Source: a virus (taxonomy: Duplodnaviria > Caudoviricetes). Taken from it: 38,241 bases of DNA. The position numbers and the translations under genes are program-made. The notes below the pieces were generated by a model. That model saw nothing but the letters and a program-made list of their open reading frames with translations. It did not search any database and was not told the DNA's origin. Shown here piece by piece: positions 1 to 7,698 of this stretch (position 1 is its first letter; the number at the start of each line of letters is the position of its first letter). The stretch is from positions 1 through 38,241 of IMG/VR virus record IMGVR_UViG_3300014656_000066; one strand, given 5' to 3'.

Positions 1-63
1 ACGGCGGCGTCTGGCACGGCGGCGTCTGGCACGGCGGCGTCTGGCACGGCGGCGTCTGGCACG
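1..63 (+). repeat. 15-bp tandem repeat ACGGCGGCGTCTGGC x4, coding for (GGVWH)n
   Basis: Four exact copies at 1-60 plus ACG. Frame 3 reads GGVWH repeats and continues without a stop into ORF 93-494. Confidence 0.95.
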
Positions 64-494
64 ACCAGCGCACCCCACACCGCCTGCTCTACATGGCGTC
101 CCTCGCCGGCGTGGTGTGGCTGCCCAACGGCAGGGGCGTCGCGTACCGCAGCACGACAAGCACAGGGCGCGGTAGATACAACGCAGACTTCGAGCAGGCG
201 GCCGGCCGGGTCGATGTGGAGCACGCGCCGGCTGGTAGCAGCACATGCGTGCGCGGCCTGCACGCGACGAGCGCAGCGCGAGCGTGGACATACTTCGGTA
301 TTGACCCCACGGCCAAGCTGTGGCGGATCGAGTTCGAGCCGGCAGACCTGCTGGACTGTGATGGTGAAAAGGTCCGGCTGCGCGGAGGCTGGTGCGAGGA
401 GGTTCCGTGGCCGTGGCAAGCGCCCGCCGAGGCGGGGGAGGGGGAGGACGATGGGCGAGACCACGCTCAAGCCGTGCCCGAACCCAGAGTGTAG
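3..494 (+). CDS. 5'-truncated pentapeptide (GGVWH) repeat protein with conserved phage C-terminal domain (C..GLH ... D....GEKVR)
   Basis: Frame is open from the window start. The C-terminal CVRGLHA...ADLLDCDGEKVR pattern is typical of the domain fused to phage pentapeptide-repeat proteins. Confidence 0.65.
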   Translation, partial: GGVWHGGVWHGGVWHGGVWHDQRTPHRLLYMASLAGVVWLPNGRGVAYRSTTSTGRGRYNADFEQAAGRVDVEHAPAGSSTCVRGLHATSAARAWTYFGIDPTAKLWRIEFEPADLLDCDGEKVRLRGGWCEEVPWPWQAPAEAGEGEDDGRDHAQAVPEPRV

Positions 495-648
495 GCGCTC
501 CGTCGTGCGCTTCGTCGGCAGGGCCGAGACCTGTTACGTCGAGTGCTGGACCTGCGCAACGCGGGGGCCGTCCGAGCGCCCCACCCCTCGCGGCAAGGAC
601 GAAGTGCGCCGGCTCTGGAACCTACTGCCGCGCGAGGAGAAGCGATGA
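451..648 (+). CDS. Lar-like (restriction alleviation) zinc-ribbon protein, 65 aa
   Basis: MGETTLKPCPNPEC...YVECWTCATRGP...WN pattern; GGAGG SD before ATG 451. Confidence 0.65.
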   Translation: MGETTLKPCPNPECRRSVVRFVGRAETCYVECWTCATRGPSERPTPRGKDEVRRLWNLLPREEKR

Positions 649-679
649 AAGACAAGTCCCTCTCGGCGCTCGACAGGCC

Positions 680-3094
680 CTAGCTGAACAGGTAGGGCGA
701 GCTGGCAACGACTGAGGGATCGAGCTCGCCGTAGTCGGGCAGCGAGGGGAGCAGCGAGGGGTCGTCGGTCAGGCCGGCCGCGAACTCGGCCAGCAGGTCC
801 CGCTCAAACATCGCGCAGACAACCCGCCGCAGCTCCCCGTGTAGTCGGCCGACGTGGGCACAGTGAACCGCATACGCATCGTGCGCCGTGCCGATCGAGC
901 GCACGCCCCGCTCGGCCAGCCCGGCCACCGTCAGGTGCAGCACGGCCGCGTCGAGCGACTGCACGAAGTTCGGGGCCGCCGCCTTGGCCTGGTCCTTGGG
1001 TGACAGCTCCTCGGTGTCCTCGGTGGCACGGGTGACGCGCACCGTGCCCTCCGTCGCGGTCTGGATCATCCTCGACCGTTGCCGGCGCCGGTCGGTGACG
1101 ATGAAGAACCCCGAGGGCGTGGTCCAGCGCAGCGGGATTCCCTGCCGGGCCAGGCGCCGGGCCGCCTCGCGGAACCACTCGACCAGCCAGAACGCCCGCC
1201 CGGTCAGCTCGCGGGTCGAGCGGTAGAGCACGTCGGCAAGATACCAGCAGGGCCAGCAGTAGCGCCCGCCCCAGTCGCGGCGCACCAGCCGCTCGTACCA
1301 CCGCACCAGGTCGTCGCGCACGGCCTTCCGGCCAGCCCCATAGATCAAGGTCATGGCCCCCAGCTTGGCGAGCTCGCGCGTGACCGTGCCGCCCAGCATG
1401 TCCAGCCAGGTCCGAGCCCAGGGCGCTTCCTCTTCGCCGTCCTCGCCCGCCAGCACCTCGGTTGCCCGACTCGCGATCAGACCATAGACATCGGAGGGGA
1501 CATCGGAGGGGATCACGTTCACCCGCTGGGCGAGTACCTCATCTCGGATCAAGAGCGAGTCGATCTGCAACCCGTTGGCGCTGGCGTCGACGCTCACCGG
1601 CAGGCGCAGGTGGCCGTCGCCGCGCCCCAGCTCCATGTCGGCCCAGGCGAAGCAGGCGGCCAGGAACTCCCAGGGATCCTTGGCGCCGCTCCAGAAGCCT
1701 CGGCGCTCGAGCGGCGCGGTCGCCGCAGCGATGATCTCCTGGCGGCGCGCCTTCACCCAGCGCACGCGCACTTCGTAGGAGGCCCGGGACAGGCCCCAGC
1801 GCGCGGCCAGGTGGCAGGCGAGCCACTGAGTCTCGGCCACGCCCCCCTCGGTCCACTCCACGGCGTCGGCGAACTCCAGCACGCCCCGGGCCAGGTCGCC
1901 GCCGGTCCAGCCCAGCGAGCCGGCCCTGGGGTAGAGCCGGCCCCGAAAATCGGCCCGCTGGGGAAAGTAGAGGCGCTCGATCGTCTCCATCTGGCTGGCC
2001 TGCTCGATCAGCCGGGCCGCGCGGATCCGTTGGGCCATCCGCGACTCATCGCCTCGGTGCAGCGAGGCCGCCAGGCGCCGCCACTCCCGCTCCTTCTCCT
2101 CGTCCTCCAGCCCCGGCCAGGGAGGGCACGGCAGCTTGCCGGCCGGCGGAATGTCGGGAAGCTCGACCTGGCGCTCCCAGGCCCGTTGAAGCACGGCCAG
2201 CACCCGGCGGTTGATCCGCCAGGCGGTGGACTGCAAGGCGTTGGCCGCCGCGGCCACCACCGGGGCCCGCCGCTCGAACCCGCCGCGCGGCTCTTTCACC
2301 AGCCGGTAACTCAGGCCCTCCAGGTGGTATCCGCCCCCCTCCAACTCGGCGCCCCAGGGCTCCGGGGCCCGTTCGATCGGTCGATGCCGCAGGGTCAGCC
2401 GCTCGGTGCGGGTGTGCGCGAGCTCCAGCCACTCGATCGTCTGTGGGTGAGGCACCAGGATCAAGTGCTGGCGGCAGGTGTGGCGCCCCGGGATGTGCTG
2501 GTCGCGCATCTCCTTGGCGACCAGCCCGGTCGATCGGATCAGAAGGTCGAGCAGCACCACCCCGACCTGAATCCGCTTCTCATGGCTCCAGCCCCCCCAG
2601 GGAATACCCCTCACCTTCACGGTCGCCCGGCCGGCCCGGCGCACGTCAAGTGCGCTACCTTTCCGCCCCCGCCCGCCGAACAGGCATAGGCGCTTCCACG
2701 CCGCGTAGTCGTTCTCTCGGATGCACCGGATCCTCAGCTCATCCTCCACGCGCCGGCCGATCTCCCGGGCCACGTTGGCGTAGTGGCGCTCGCGGCTCAA
2801 CTGGTCCAGGACCGTCTGGCAAGCGTAGTGAGCGGCCAGCTCCGGGCCGCACTCGCGGATGAACGGATAGGCCGCGTGCGGCTGTCGCTTGCGCCCCTCG
2901 ATCCAGAGGAGCCACTCGCCCACCGCTTCGGCGAGGGCCGTGGTGGACACGCGCAAGAGGCGCCCCACCGGGGCCAGCAGAGTCTCGTTGCCGAGCTCTG
3001 TCTGGCGCCGGCGGAGCTCGCGGTAGGCCCGCGCCCCGTCTTCACAGATCAACGCTTCGAGGTCAGTCGAGGTCGGCAATTGTTTCGAGGTCAT
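680..3094 (-). CDS. Single-subunit T7/T3-type DNA-dependent RNA polymerase
   Basis: DFRGRLYP (DxxGR), motif A LPVSVDASANGLQ, motif B RELAKLGAMTLIYG, WTTPSGF, APNFVQSLDA, motif C TAHDAY, and C-terminal YLFS foot. Confidence 0.97.
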   Translation of the reverse strand: MTSKQLPTSTDLEALICEDGARAYRELRRRQTELGNETLLAPVGRLLRVSTTALAEAVGEWLLWIEGRKRQPHAAYPFIRECGPELAAHYACQTVLDQLSRERHYANVAREIGRRVEDELRIRCIRENDYAAWKRLCLFGGRGRKGSALDVRRAGRATVKVRGIPWGGWSHEKRIQVGVVLLDLLIRSTGLVAKEMRDQHIPGRHTCRQHLILVPHPQTIEWLELAHTRTERLTLRHRPIERAPEPWGAELEGGGYHLEGLSYRLVKEPRGGFERRAPVVAAAANALQSTAWRINRRVLAVLQRAWERQVELPDIPPAGKLPCPPWPGLEDEEKEREWRRLAASLHRGDESRMAQRIRAARLIEQASQMETIERLYFPQRADFRGRLYPRAGSLGWTGGDLARGVLEFADAVEWTEGGVAETQWLACHLAARWGLSRASYEVRVRWVKARRQEIIAAATAPLERRGFWSGAKDPWEFLAACFAWADMELGRGDGHLRLPVSVDASANGLQIDSLLIRDEVLAQRVNVIPSDVPSDVYGLIASRATEVLAGEDGEEEAPWARTWLDMLGGTVTRELAKLGAMTLIYGAGRKAVRDDLVRWYERLVRRDWGGRYCWPCWYLADVLYRSTRELTGRAFWLVEWFREAARRLARQGIPLRWTTPSGFFIVTDRRRQRSRMIQTATEGTVRVTRATEDTEELSPKDQAKAAAPNFVQSLDAAVLHLTVAGLAERGVRSIGTAHDAYAVHCAHVGRLHGELRRVVCAMFERDLLAEFAAGLTDDPSLLPSLPDYGELDPSVVASSPYLFS

Positions 3095-3950
3095 GGCCGG
3101 TCAGGTGAACGTAGAGCATCGTGGTCTCGATCCTTCGATGACCAGCCCACCGTTGCACCCGAGCAACTTCAACCCCGCGACGGACCAAGCGAGTCAGGCA
3201 CGTATGTCGGAGGCAGTGCGGGACCAGCGTGGAGTCCTCGATTCCGGCGCGCTCGCGCGCGCGCTCGAATAGGTAGTGAAACCGCTTGTACGAGACGGCG
3301 AAAAGCGGCTCGTCGGGCCCGTCCCCGCGACGGAGCAAGACCTCCGACGCGCCACGGGGCAAGGGTAGGGTCCGGGCCGTGCCGTTCTTGGTCTCGGCGA
3401 GCTGGAGCCACTGCCGGCCGTCCCGCACGTCCACGTTCCGCCAGCTCGCGCCCAGGGCCTCCGACACGCGGCAACCAACGGCGAGCAGGAAGCGCACCAG
3501 GCGCTCCGCCTCGATCGCGTCGGCGGGCCGCTCGCGCAGCTTCAGCTCCCGAAACGCGGCAAGCAAGAGCGCCTCCTCGGCCTCCGAGAGGGTCCGGATC
3601 CGGCCCTGGCCGTCCCGCTCCCGCCGCACGTCGAGGGCCGGGAGCGAGACCCCGTGGGCCCGCGCGGTGCGCAGCATGGCCGACAGGGCCGCCAACTTAC
3701 GGTTGATCGTCCCGGGGGTGAGGCCCCGCCGGCGGAGGCCCCCGCGCAGCCGGTCGACGTCGCCCTGCCGGAGCGAGCGCACCCCCCGCTCCTCACCCAG
3801 CTCGCGCGCGATGTCTCGGCCGTTCGACAGGCTCGTTTCCTCGCTCGCCTGGCCAGACCAGCGGCCCGCGTAGGTGAGCTCGACCAGCTCGGCGATCGAG
3901 AGCGAGGGGCCTTGAGCCGGGCCCGCGTGTCCATTGTGGCTCGTCATCAT
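3063..3950 (-). CDS. int: Tyrosine recombinase/integrase 1 (type found next to RNAP in temperate T7-like phages)
   Basis: TINRKLAALS, GCRVSE (R), TKNG (K), HCLRH, WAGH, TMLY (Y). Overlaps the RNAP start by 32 nt. Confidence 0.95.
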   Translation of the reverse strand: MMTSHNGHAGPAQGPSLSIAELVELTYAGRWSGQASEETSLSNGRDIARELGEERGVRSLRQGDVDRLRGGLRRRGLTPGTINRKLAALSAMLRTARAHGVSLPALDVRRERDGQGRIRTLSEAEEALLLAAFRELKLRERPADAIEAERLVRFLLAVGCRVSEALGASWRNVDVRDGRQWLQLAETKNGTARTLPLPRGASEVLLRRGDGPDEPLFAVSYKRFHYLFERARERAGIEDSTLVPHCLRHTCLTRLVRRGVEVARVQRWAGHRRIETTMLYVHLTGHDLETIADLD

Positions 3951-4016
3951 TTCCTCGGTGTTGTCGGCGCGGGAGCGACCCGCGCGGAGTCTCGTCGGGC
4001 CCGGAGCGGCCGGGCG

Positions 4017-4042
4017 ACGCGGACCCCCGAAGGGGCCCGCGT
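4017..4042 (-). promoter_or_regulatory. Stable RNA hairpin with C(UUCG)G tetraloop upstream of int1
   Basis: Minus strand ACGCGGGCCCC-TTCG-GGGGTCCGCGT, 11-bp stem with one G-U pair; no U tract. Confidence 0.6.
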
Positions 4043-4050
4043 TTCGACGT

Positions 4051-4470
4051 CTACCGTTCGCCCTTGAGCAGGGCCGTGCCGTTCTCCACGTAGAACTCGA
4101 ACGGCGCCAGCTCCTCGGGGAAGTCAGAGTAGGGAATCACTTGGACGGCCAGGCGCACCGATCCCGGCTCGCCGGGCGTGTCCGTCCAGGCGTCCAGGAC
4201 CCACTCTCCGGCGTTGCGGCCGGCCCGCCGCCGGCGGAGTCGCCAGACTTGGAACTCGGCCAGGGCCGGGCCCTTCCGCCTGATCTTCGGTTGCCAGCTC
4301 GCCACGGCGTCGAGGAGCCAGTACGCCCCGCACGTCTCGGCCACGTACTCCATGCCGCCTGTGTAGATCATCCCCAGCCAGTGGCGGATGAAGGACTCGG
4401 CCCCGTTCGCTTGGCGCTCGTGGGCCCGCACCAGCTCAGCGCGATCGGCGCTCGTGAGTGTGGCGCTCAT
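4051..4470 (-). CDS. DUF6876-like phage early protein
   Basis: YTGGMEYVAETCGAYWLLDAVASWQ...FQVW...QVIPYSDFP pattern. Confidence 0.7.
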   Translation of the reverse strand: MSATLTSADRAELVRAHERQANGAESFIRHWLGMIYTGGMEYVAETCGAYWLLDAVASWQPKIRRKGPALAEFQVWRLRRRRAGRNAGEWVLDAWTDTPGEPGSVRLAVQVIPYSDFPEELAPFEFYVENGTALLKGER

Positions 4471-5606
4471 CAGACCGCCCCCCGCACCAGACGGGCCGCG
4501 AAGGCGAGCCGATCGGGCGTCCGCTTGCCGTACCAGAGGCCGAGTCGGCGGTGCCAGCGGAAGCCGGCGGTTTTCAGCTCGGCCCGCACGTCGGCGTCGG
4601 GCTTCTCATCAAACACCAGCTCCACCCCGTTCCTCTCTTCGTTCAAGCGCAGTTCCACTCCGCCCCCGATCGGCTCCAGCTCGTCCACCTCCTCCGGCTC
4701 GACGGCCGGCACCCTCGGCGCGGCCGCCGCCAGCTCGAGCCGGCTCACCCGCTCCTCGAGCTCCAGGAGCTCGGCCGCGTCCACGGGCCGGCCCGTCCAG
4801 GAAGCTTCGACCGCCTCCCGTTCGGCGTCGGCGAGCTCCTCCCGCGCCGATTCCAGCTCAGGATCGGCGAGGAATACCACGTTCCCGGTGGGAACGTCGG
4901 ACAGGCCAAGCTCCTTGGCCGTTCGCCTGTCCAGCTCGGTGGCGAGCTCCTCCGAGGAGTAGTCGGCGAGAGCCTTGCCCTCCACGGGCCCGCCGGCCAG
5001 CGCCAGCGCCACGTCGGGGCCCGGCTCGTCCTTGTCTCGGGTGATCGGCATCAGACAGCCAAAACCCCCCGCCTGGTGTTCGACGTGGATCGGCCGGGTA
5101 ACGTCAGGCCGGCCCTTCGGGCCCTCCATCAGGGTCAGCGCGATGCACTGCTCGTCCTTGTTCCACCCGATCGCCTGGGCCAGATCCCAGAGGAGCGAGG
5201 GATTCAGGCGGAGTCGCCAGCTCGCCAGCTTCCCGGCCGCCGGCAGCACTTGGCGCCACCGAGGGAACTCACCCTCCGGCCGCGCGTGGACGGTCAGGCT
5301 CTTGCCGTTCGTCACCGTCACGTCACCGTTGGCCCGGATCACCGAGGACCCGCCGGCCCCCTTCGTGGCAGCCTGGAATGCCTCGGCCGGCACCAGGCCA
5401 GGTTCGTCATCCTCGGCCAGGCCCACGGGCACCACGGCCAGGATCCGCCCGTTCGTGGCCACGGCCAGGCCGGCCCGCTCGCCTTCCCCCACGTCCATCT
5501 CAGGGTCCCCAGGCTGGCGGAGCTCCAGGCTCACCCCGTTCATGGCATAGCGCCCCAAGTCCTTCGCGGCCGCCTTGTGAAGGCGGTACTTCTTGTCAAC
5601 TTTCAT
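4470..5606 (-). CDS. Early protein: beta-clamp-like N-terminal domain plus C-terminal polyvalent-protein-type domain
   Basis: N-terminal RYAMNGV, VATNGRILA, EGEFPRWRQVLP resemble DnaN repeats. C-terminal NEERNGVELVFDEKPDADVRAELKTAGFRW...WY. Confidence 0.6.
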   Translation of the reverse strand: MKVDKKYRLHKAAAKDLGRYAMNGVSLELRQPGDPEMDVGEGERAGLAVATNGRILAVVPVGLAEDDEPGLVPAEAFQAATKGAGGSSVIRANGDVTVTNGKSLTVHARPEGEFPRWRQVLPAAGKLASWRLRLNPSLLWDLAQAIGWNKDEQCIALTLMEGPKGRPDVTRPIHVEHQAGGFGCLMPITRDKDEPGPDVALALAGGPVEGKALADYSSEELATELDRRTAKELGLSDVPTGNVVFLADPELESAREELADAEREAVEASWTGRPVDAAELLELEERVSRLELAAAAPRVPAVEPEEVDELEPIGGGVELRLNEERNGVELVFDEKPDADVRAELKTAGFRWHRRLGLWYGKRTPDRLAFAARLVRGAV

Positions 5607-5640
5607 CGGTCAGCTCTCTTTGGTTAGGTGTTGTCGGCGC

Positions 5641-6584
5641 CCGATCGGTTGAATCGAGCTATGCGAACCGCACGCGGCCCGCGCATAAAGTAGAACGGCA
5701 GAACCCCCCCGACCGATCCCACAATCCCGGATATATTTCTAGGTGCGAATCTAACCCCCGGCCCCGCCCCACCTTGCGGCCGGCCCGCCACCGGGATTCT
5801 GCCCCCGCCAGCTCTCCCGCCACCGGCCCGGCTCCCACGCCCCAGCTCCCGCCCCCGCTCGCCACGGCACCCGACCCGACCCCGAACCCTACCCCCGGCC
5901 CGCCCCCCGCACGCGCCAACTCAGGCCGTCTCGCGGCCCAGGCCCCCGGAACCCCCCCGACCAACTCGACCCCCACGCCCCGCGCGCCCCAGACCCCCAC
6001 GCCCCGCGCGCGCGTGACACGCGCCCCCCCCGCGCACTCAGGATGGTTTCACCCCCTCCCCTCCGGCTCCTCTCTCTCTCCCCTACCGTCTCTCTTCTCT
6101 GAGACAGCGCGCGCGACCCGCTCCCCCATCCACAACCGCACCCGGAGGACAAGGCGCAAAGGCACCACCGCACACAAGCCCGCACCCGGCACCCGCGCCC
6201 CCCATCCCCCCGCACGCGCGAGAGAGGGCCCGGAGAGGCCCCCCGATCGCACTTCGGGTGCGATCCAAGTCCTTCCCGGGCCGCTACTTATGGCGGGTCG
6301 AGGGCCCGGCCCCCCCCGGACCCCCCTTTCTAGGGCCCGTGAGAGGCCCTCCCCCCCCCGCCCTGATCGGAGCGAACGGGGGGTTCTGTGCGCAAGCTCC
6401 ACGTATCCGCCCCCTCACAAATGCCCCCCAAATTCCGGCCAAGTGGTGAGCACGTGGATCTTCTGGTCCCCCCCTATTCTGTTGAAACGAACGCGAGAAA
6501 GCCCTGAAACGGATGCCGGAAAACCCCTGCTCCTTGTGGCCGCGGTGGTGCGCTGCAAAGGTCTGGCGAGCGATTCCCGGGGGC
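5641..6584. other. Large non-coding region, putative genome terminus / early control region
   Basis: About 950 bp of low-complexity C-rich DNA with no credible ORF. It lies between the last late genes and the first early genes on the same strand, and the G/C skew flips here. Confidence 0.55.
6116..6143 (+). repeat. 28-bp perfect inverted repeat, copy 1 (ACCCGCTCCCCCATCCACAACCGCACCC)
   Basis: Exact reverse complement of 7302-7329. Confidence 0.95.
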
Positions 6585-6890
6585 TCACCGTGGCGAGTGT
6601 GAGCGTGCCCAGTCGAGGCTGGGGTTGAGGTCGGGGAGGGAGAGGTTCTCGAGCGCGACGACGTTTTCCCAGGGGATGGTGAGTGGGTCGTTGCACCGGG
6701 CCCACTGGCTGATGCCGTTAGTGATTTCGATGGAGTGTGGTGTTTCGTTGATGAGGAAGCCGACGGAGACGATTGCGCAGGTTTCTCCGTCGAGTTTGGA
6801 GAGGTGAGTCCATCCTGATCCGGCTGCGGAATCTCTCCAGACGACGACGACGGGTGGGAAGTTGTTGTAGGGGTGGGGTTCTGGATTCAT
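6585..6890 (-). CDS. Conserved phage hypothetical protein (V.V.W.D...GW...SVG.L...IP type), 101 aa
   Basis: ATGA overlap with the upstream gene; common phage small-protein pattern. Confidence 0.7.
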   Translation of the reverse strand: MNPEPHPYNNFPPVVVVWRDSAAGSGWTHLSKLDGETCAIVSVGFLINETPHSIEITNGISQWARCNDPLTIPWENVVALENLSLPDLNPSLDWARSHSPR

Positions 6891-7228
6891 CCTCTGGGCC
6901 CCCAGGATTGAGTTTCTTTGGGTGGGTAGAATTGGAGTTTTCCGCCGGGTCCGTCGTGTCGTGCTCCCCACTGGTGGACTTCGTACCAGTCGAAGCCTTC
7001 GCGGTGTACGGTGACGGGGAAGGGTTTTTGGCAGGCTCGGCAGATGATGTCGTGAGCGTCGCGGGGGTATCGGTGGTTGTGTCGGAGGTCGGAGGGTGTG
7101 TAGGAGGGGTCGCGTCCGCAGTGGGGGCAGGTGAGCTTGAAGCCGAGCTGGTAGGTACGTCGGTCGAGACCGATGCGGGCGGAGTGGAGGCGATCGGCGG
7201 TGGTGCGGCGGACGTGGATGGAGGTCAT
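6887..7228 (-). CDS. Hypothetical zinc-ribbon protein
   Basis: CPHC...CRAC; ATGA overlaps at both ends. Confidence 0.6.
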   Translation of the reverse strand: MTSIHVRRTTADRLHSARIGLDRRTYQLGFKLTCPHCGRDPSYTPSDLRHNHRYPRDAHDIICRACQKPFPVTVHREGFDWYEVHQWGARHDGPGGKLQFYPPKETQSWGPRG

Positions 7229-7698
7229 GGGAGGTGGGCGTCGTGGAGCGCCTCGGCCAGGCGTTCGTCGAGGTCGAAGGGCTGTGGTATGGCGCAGCAG
7301 AGGGTGCGGTTGTGGATGGGGGAGCGGGTGCGGAAGTAGGCGACTTGTGCGAGGAGGTCGAAGTGGTAGCGGAGCTCGTGGGAGTCGCAGGGTTGTCCGC
7401 CGATGAGTGGGAAGAGGCCGGTGCAGCGGGCGCAGGCCCAGAGCTCGATGAAGGGTTTTCCCTTCCAGGGCTTGGAGATGGTGCCGCGCTCGTAGGTCCA
7501 GAGGGCGGAGAAGTGGACGTGGCAGAATGGGCAGGTGATGGTGGGTGGGGGGTCGGGGTTGTCGAGGAGCTCGGCGGCGGCCTCGAGGGCCTCGATGATG
7601 TCGGCCTCGGGGTCTTCGCGGATCCTGGGGATTCGGGCGAGTGGGCCCAGGAGGGCGAGTGCGGTGATGGAGTGGCAGAGGGATCGTCGGGAGATCAT
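7225..7698 (-). CDS. Hypothetical protein with Tat-like N-terminus and CxxC pair, 157 aa
   Basis: MISRRSLCHSITALALLG, CPFC...CARC. ATG 7698 overlaps the stop of the upstream gene. Confidence 0.6.
   Translation of the reverse strand: MISRRSLCHSITALALLGPLARIPRIREDPEADIIEALEAAAELLDNPDPPPTITCPFCHVHFSALWTYERGTISKPWKGKPFIELWACARCTGLFPLIGGQPCDSHELRYHFDLLAQVAYFRTRSPIHNRTLCCAIPQPFDLDERLAEALHDAHLP
7302..7329 (-). repeat. 28-bp perfect inverted repeat, copy 2
   Basis: GGGTGCGGTTGTGGATGGGGGAGCGGGT on +; lies inside CDS 7225-7698. Confidence 0.95.

Noticed and set aside
1-63. Repeat array as CRISPR
   Set aside because: Head-to-tail 15-mers with no spacers, in a coding frame, and no cas genes.
1079-2689. 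536-aa plus-strand ORF and other long antisense ORFs (15400-17574, 20368-22803, 24439-26016, 27184-28551, 34354-35454)
   Set aside because: Shadow frames opposite well-supported genes, expected in high-GC DNA; no motifs.
5378-6628. 416-aa Pro-rich ORF
   Set aside because: Low-complexity translation of C-rich non-coding DNA; overlaps real genes on the other strand.
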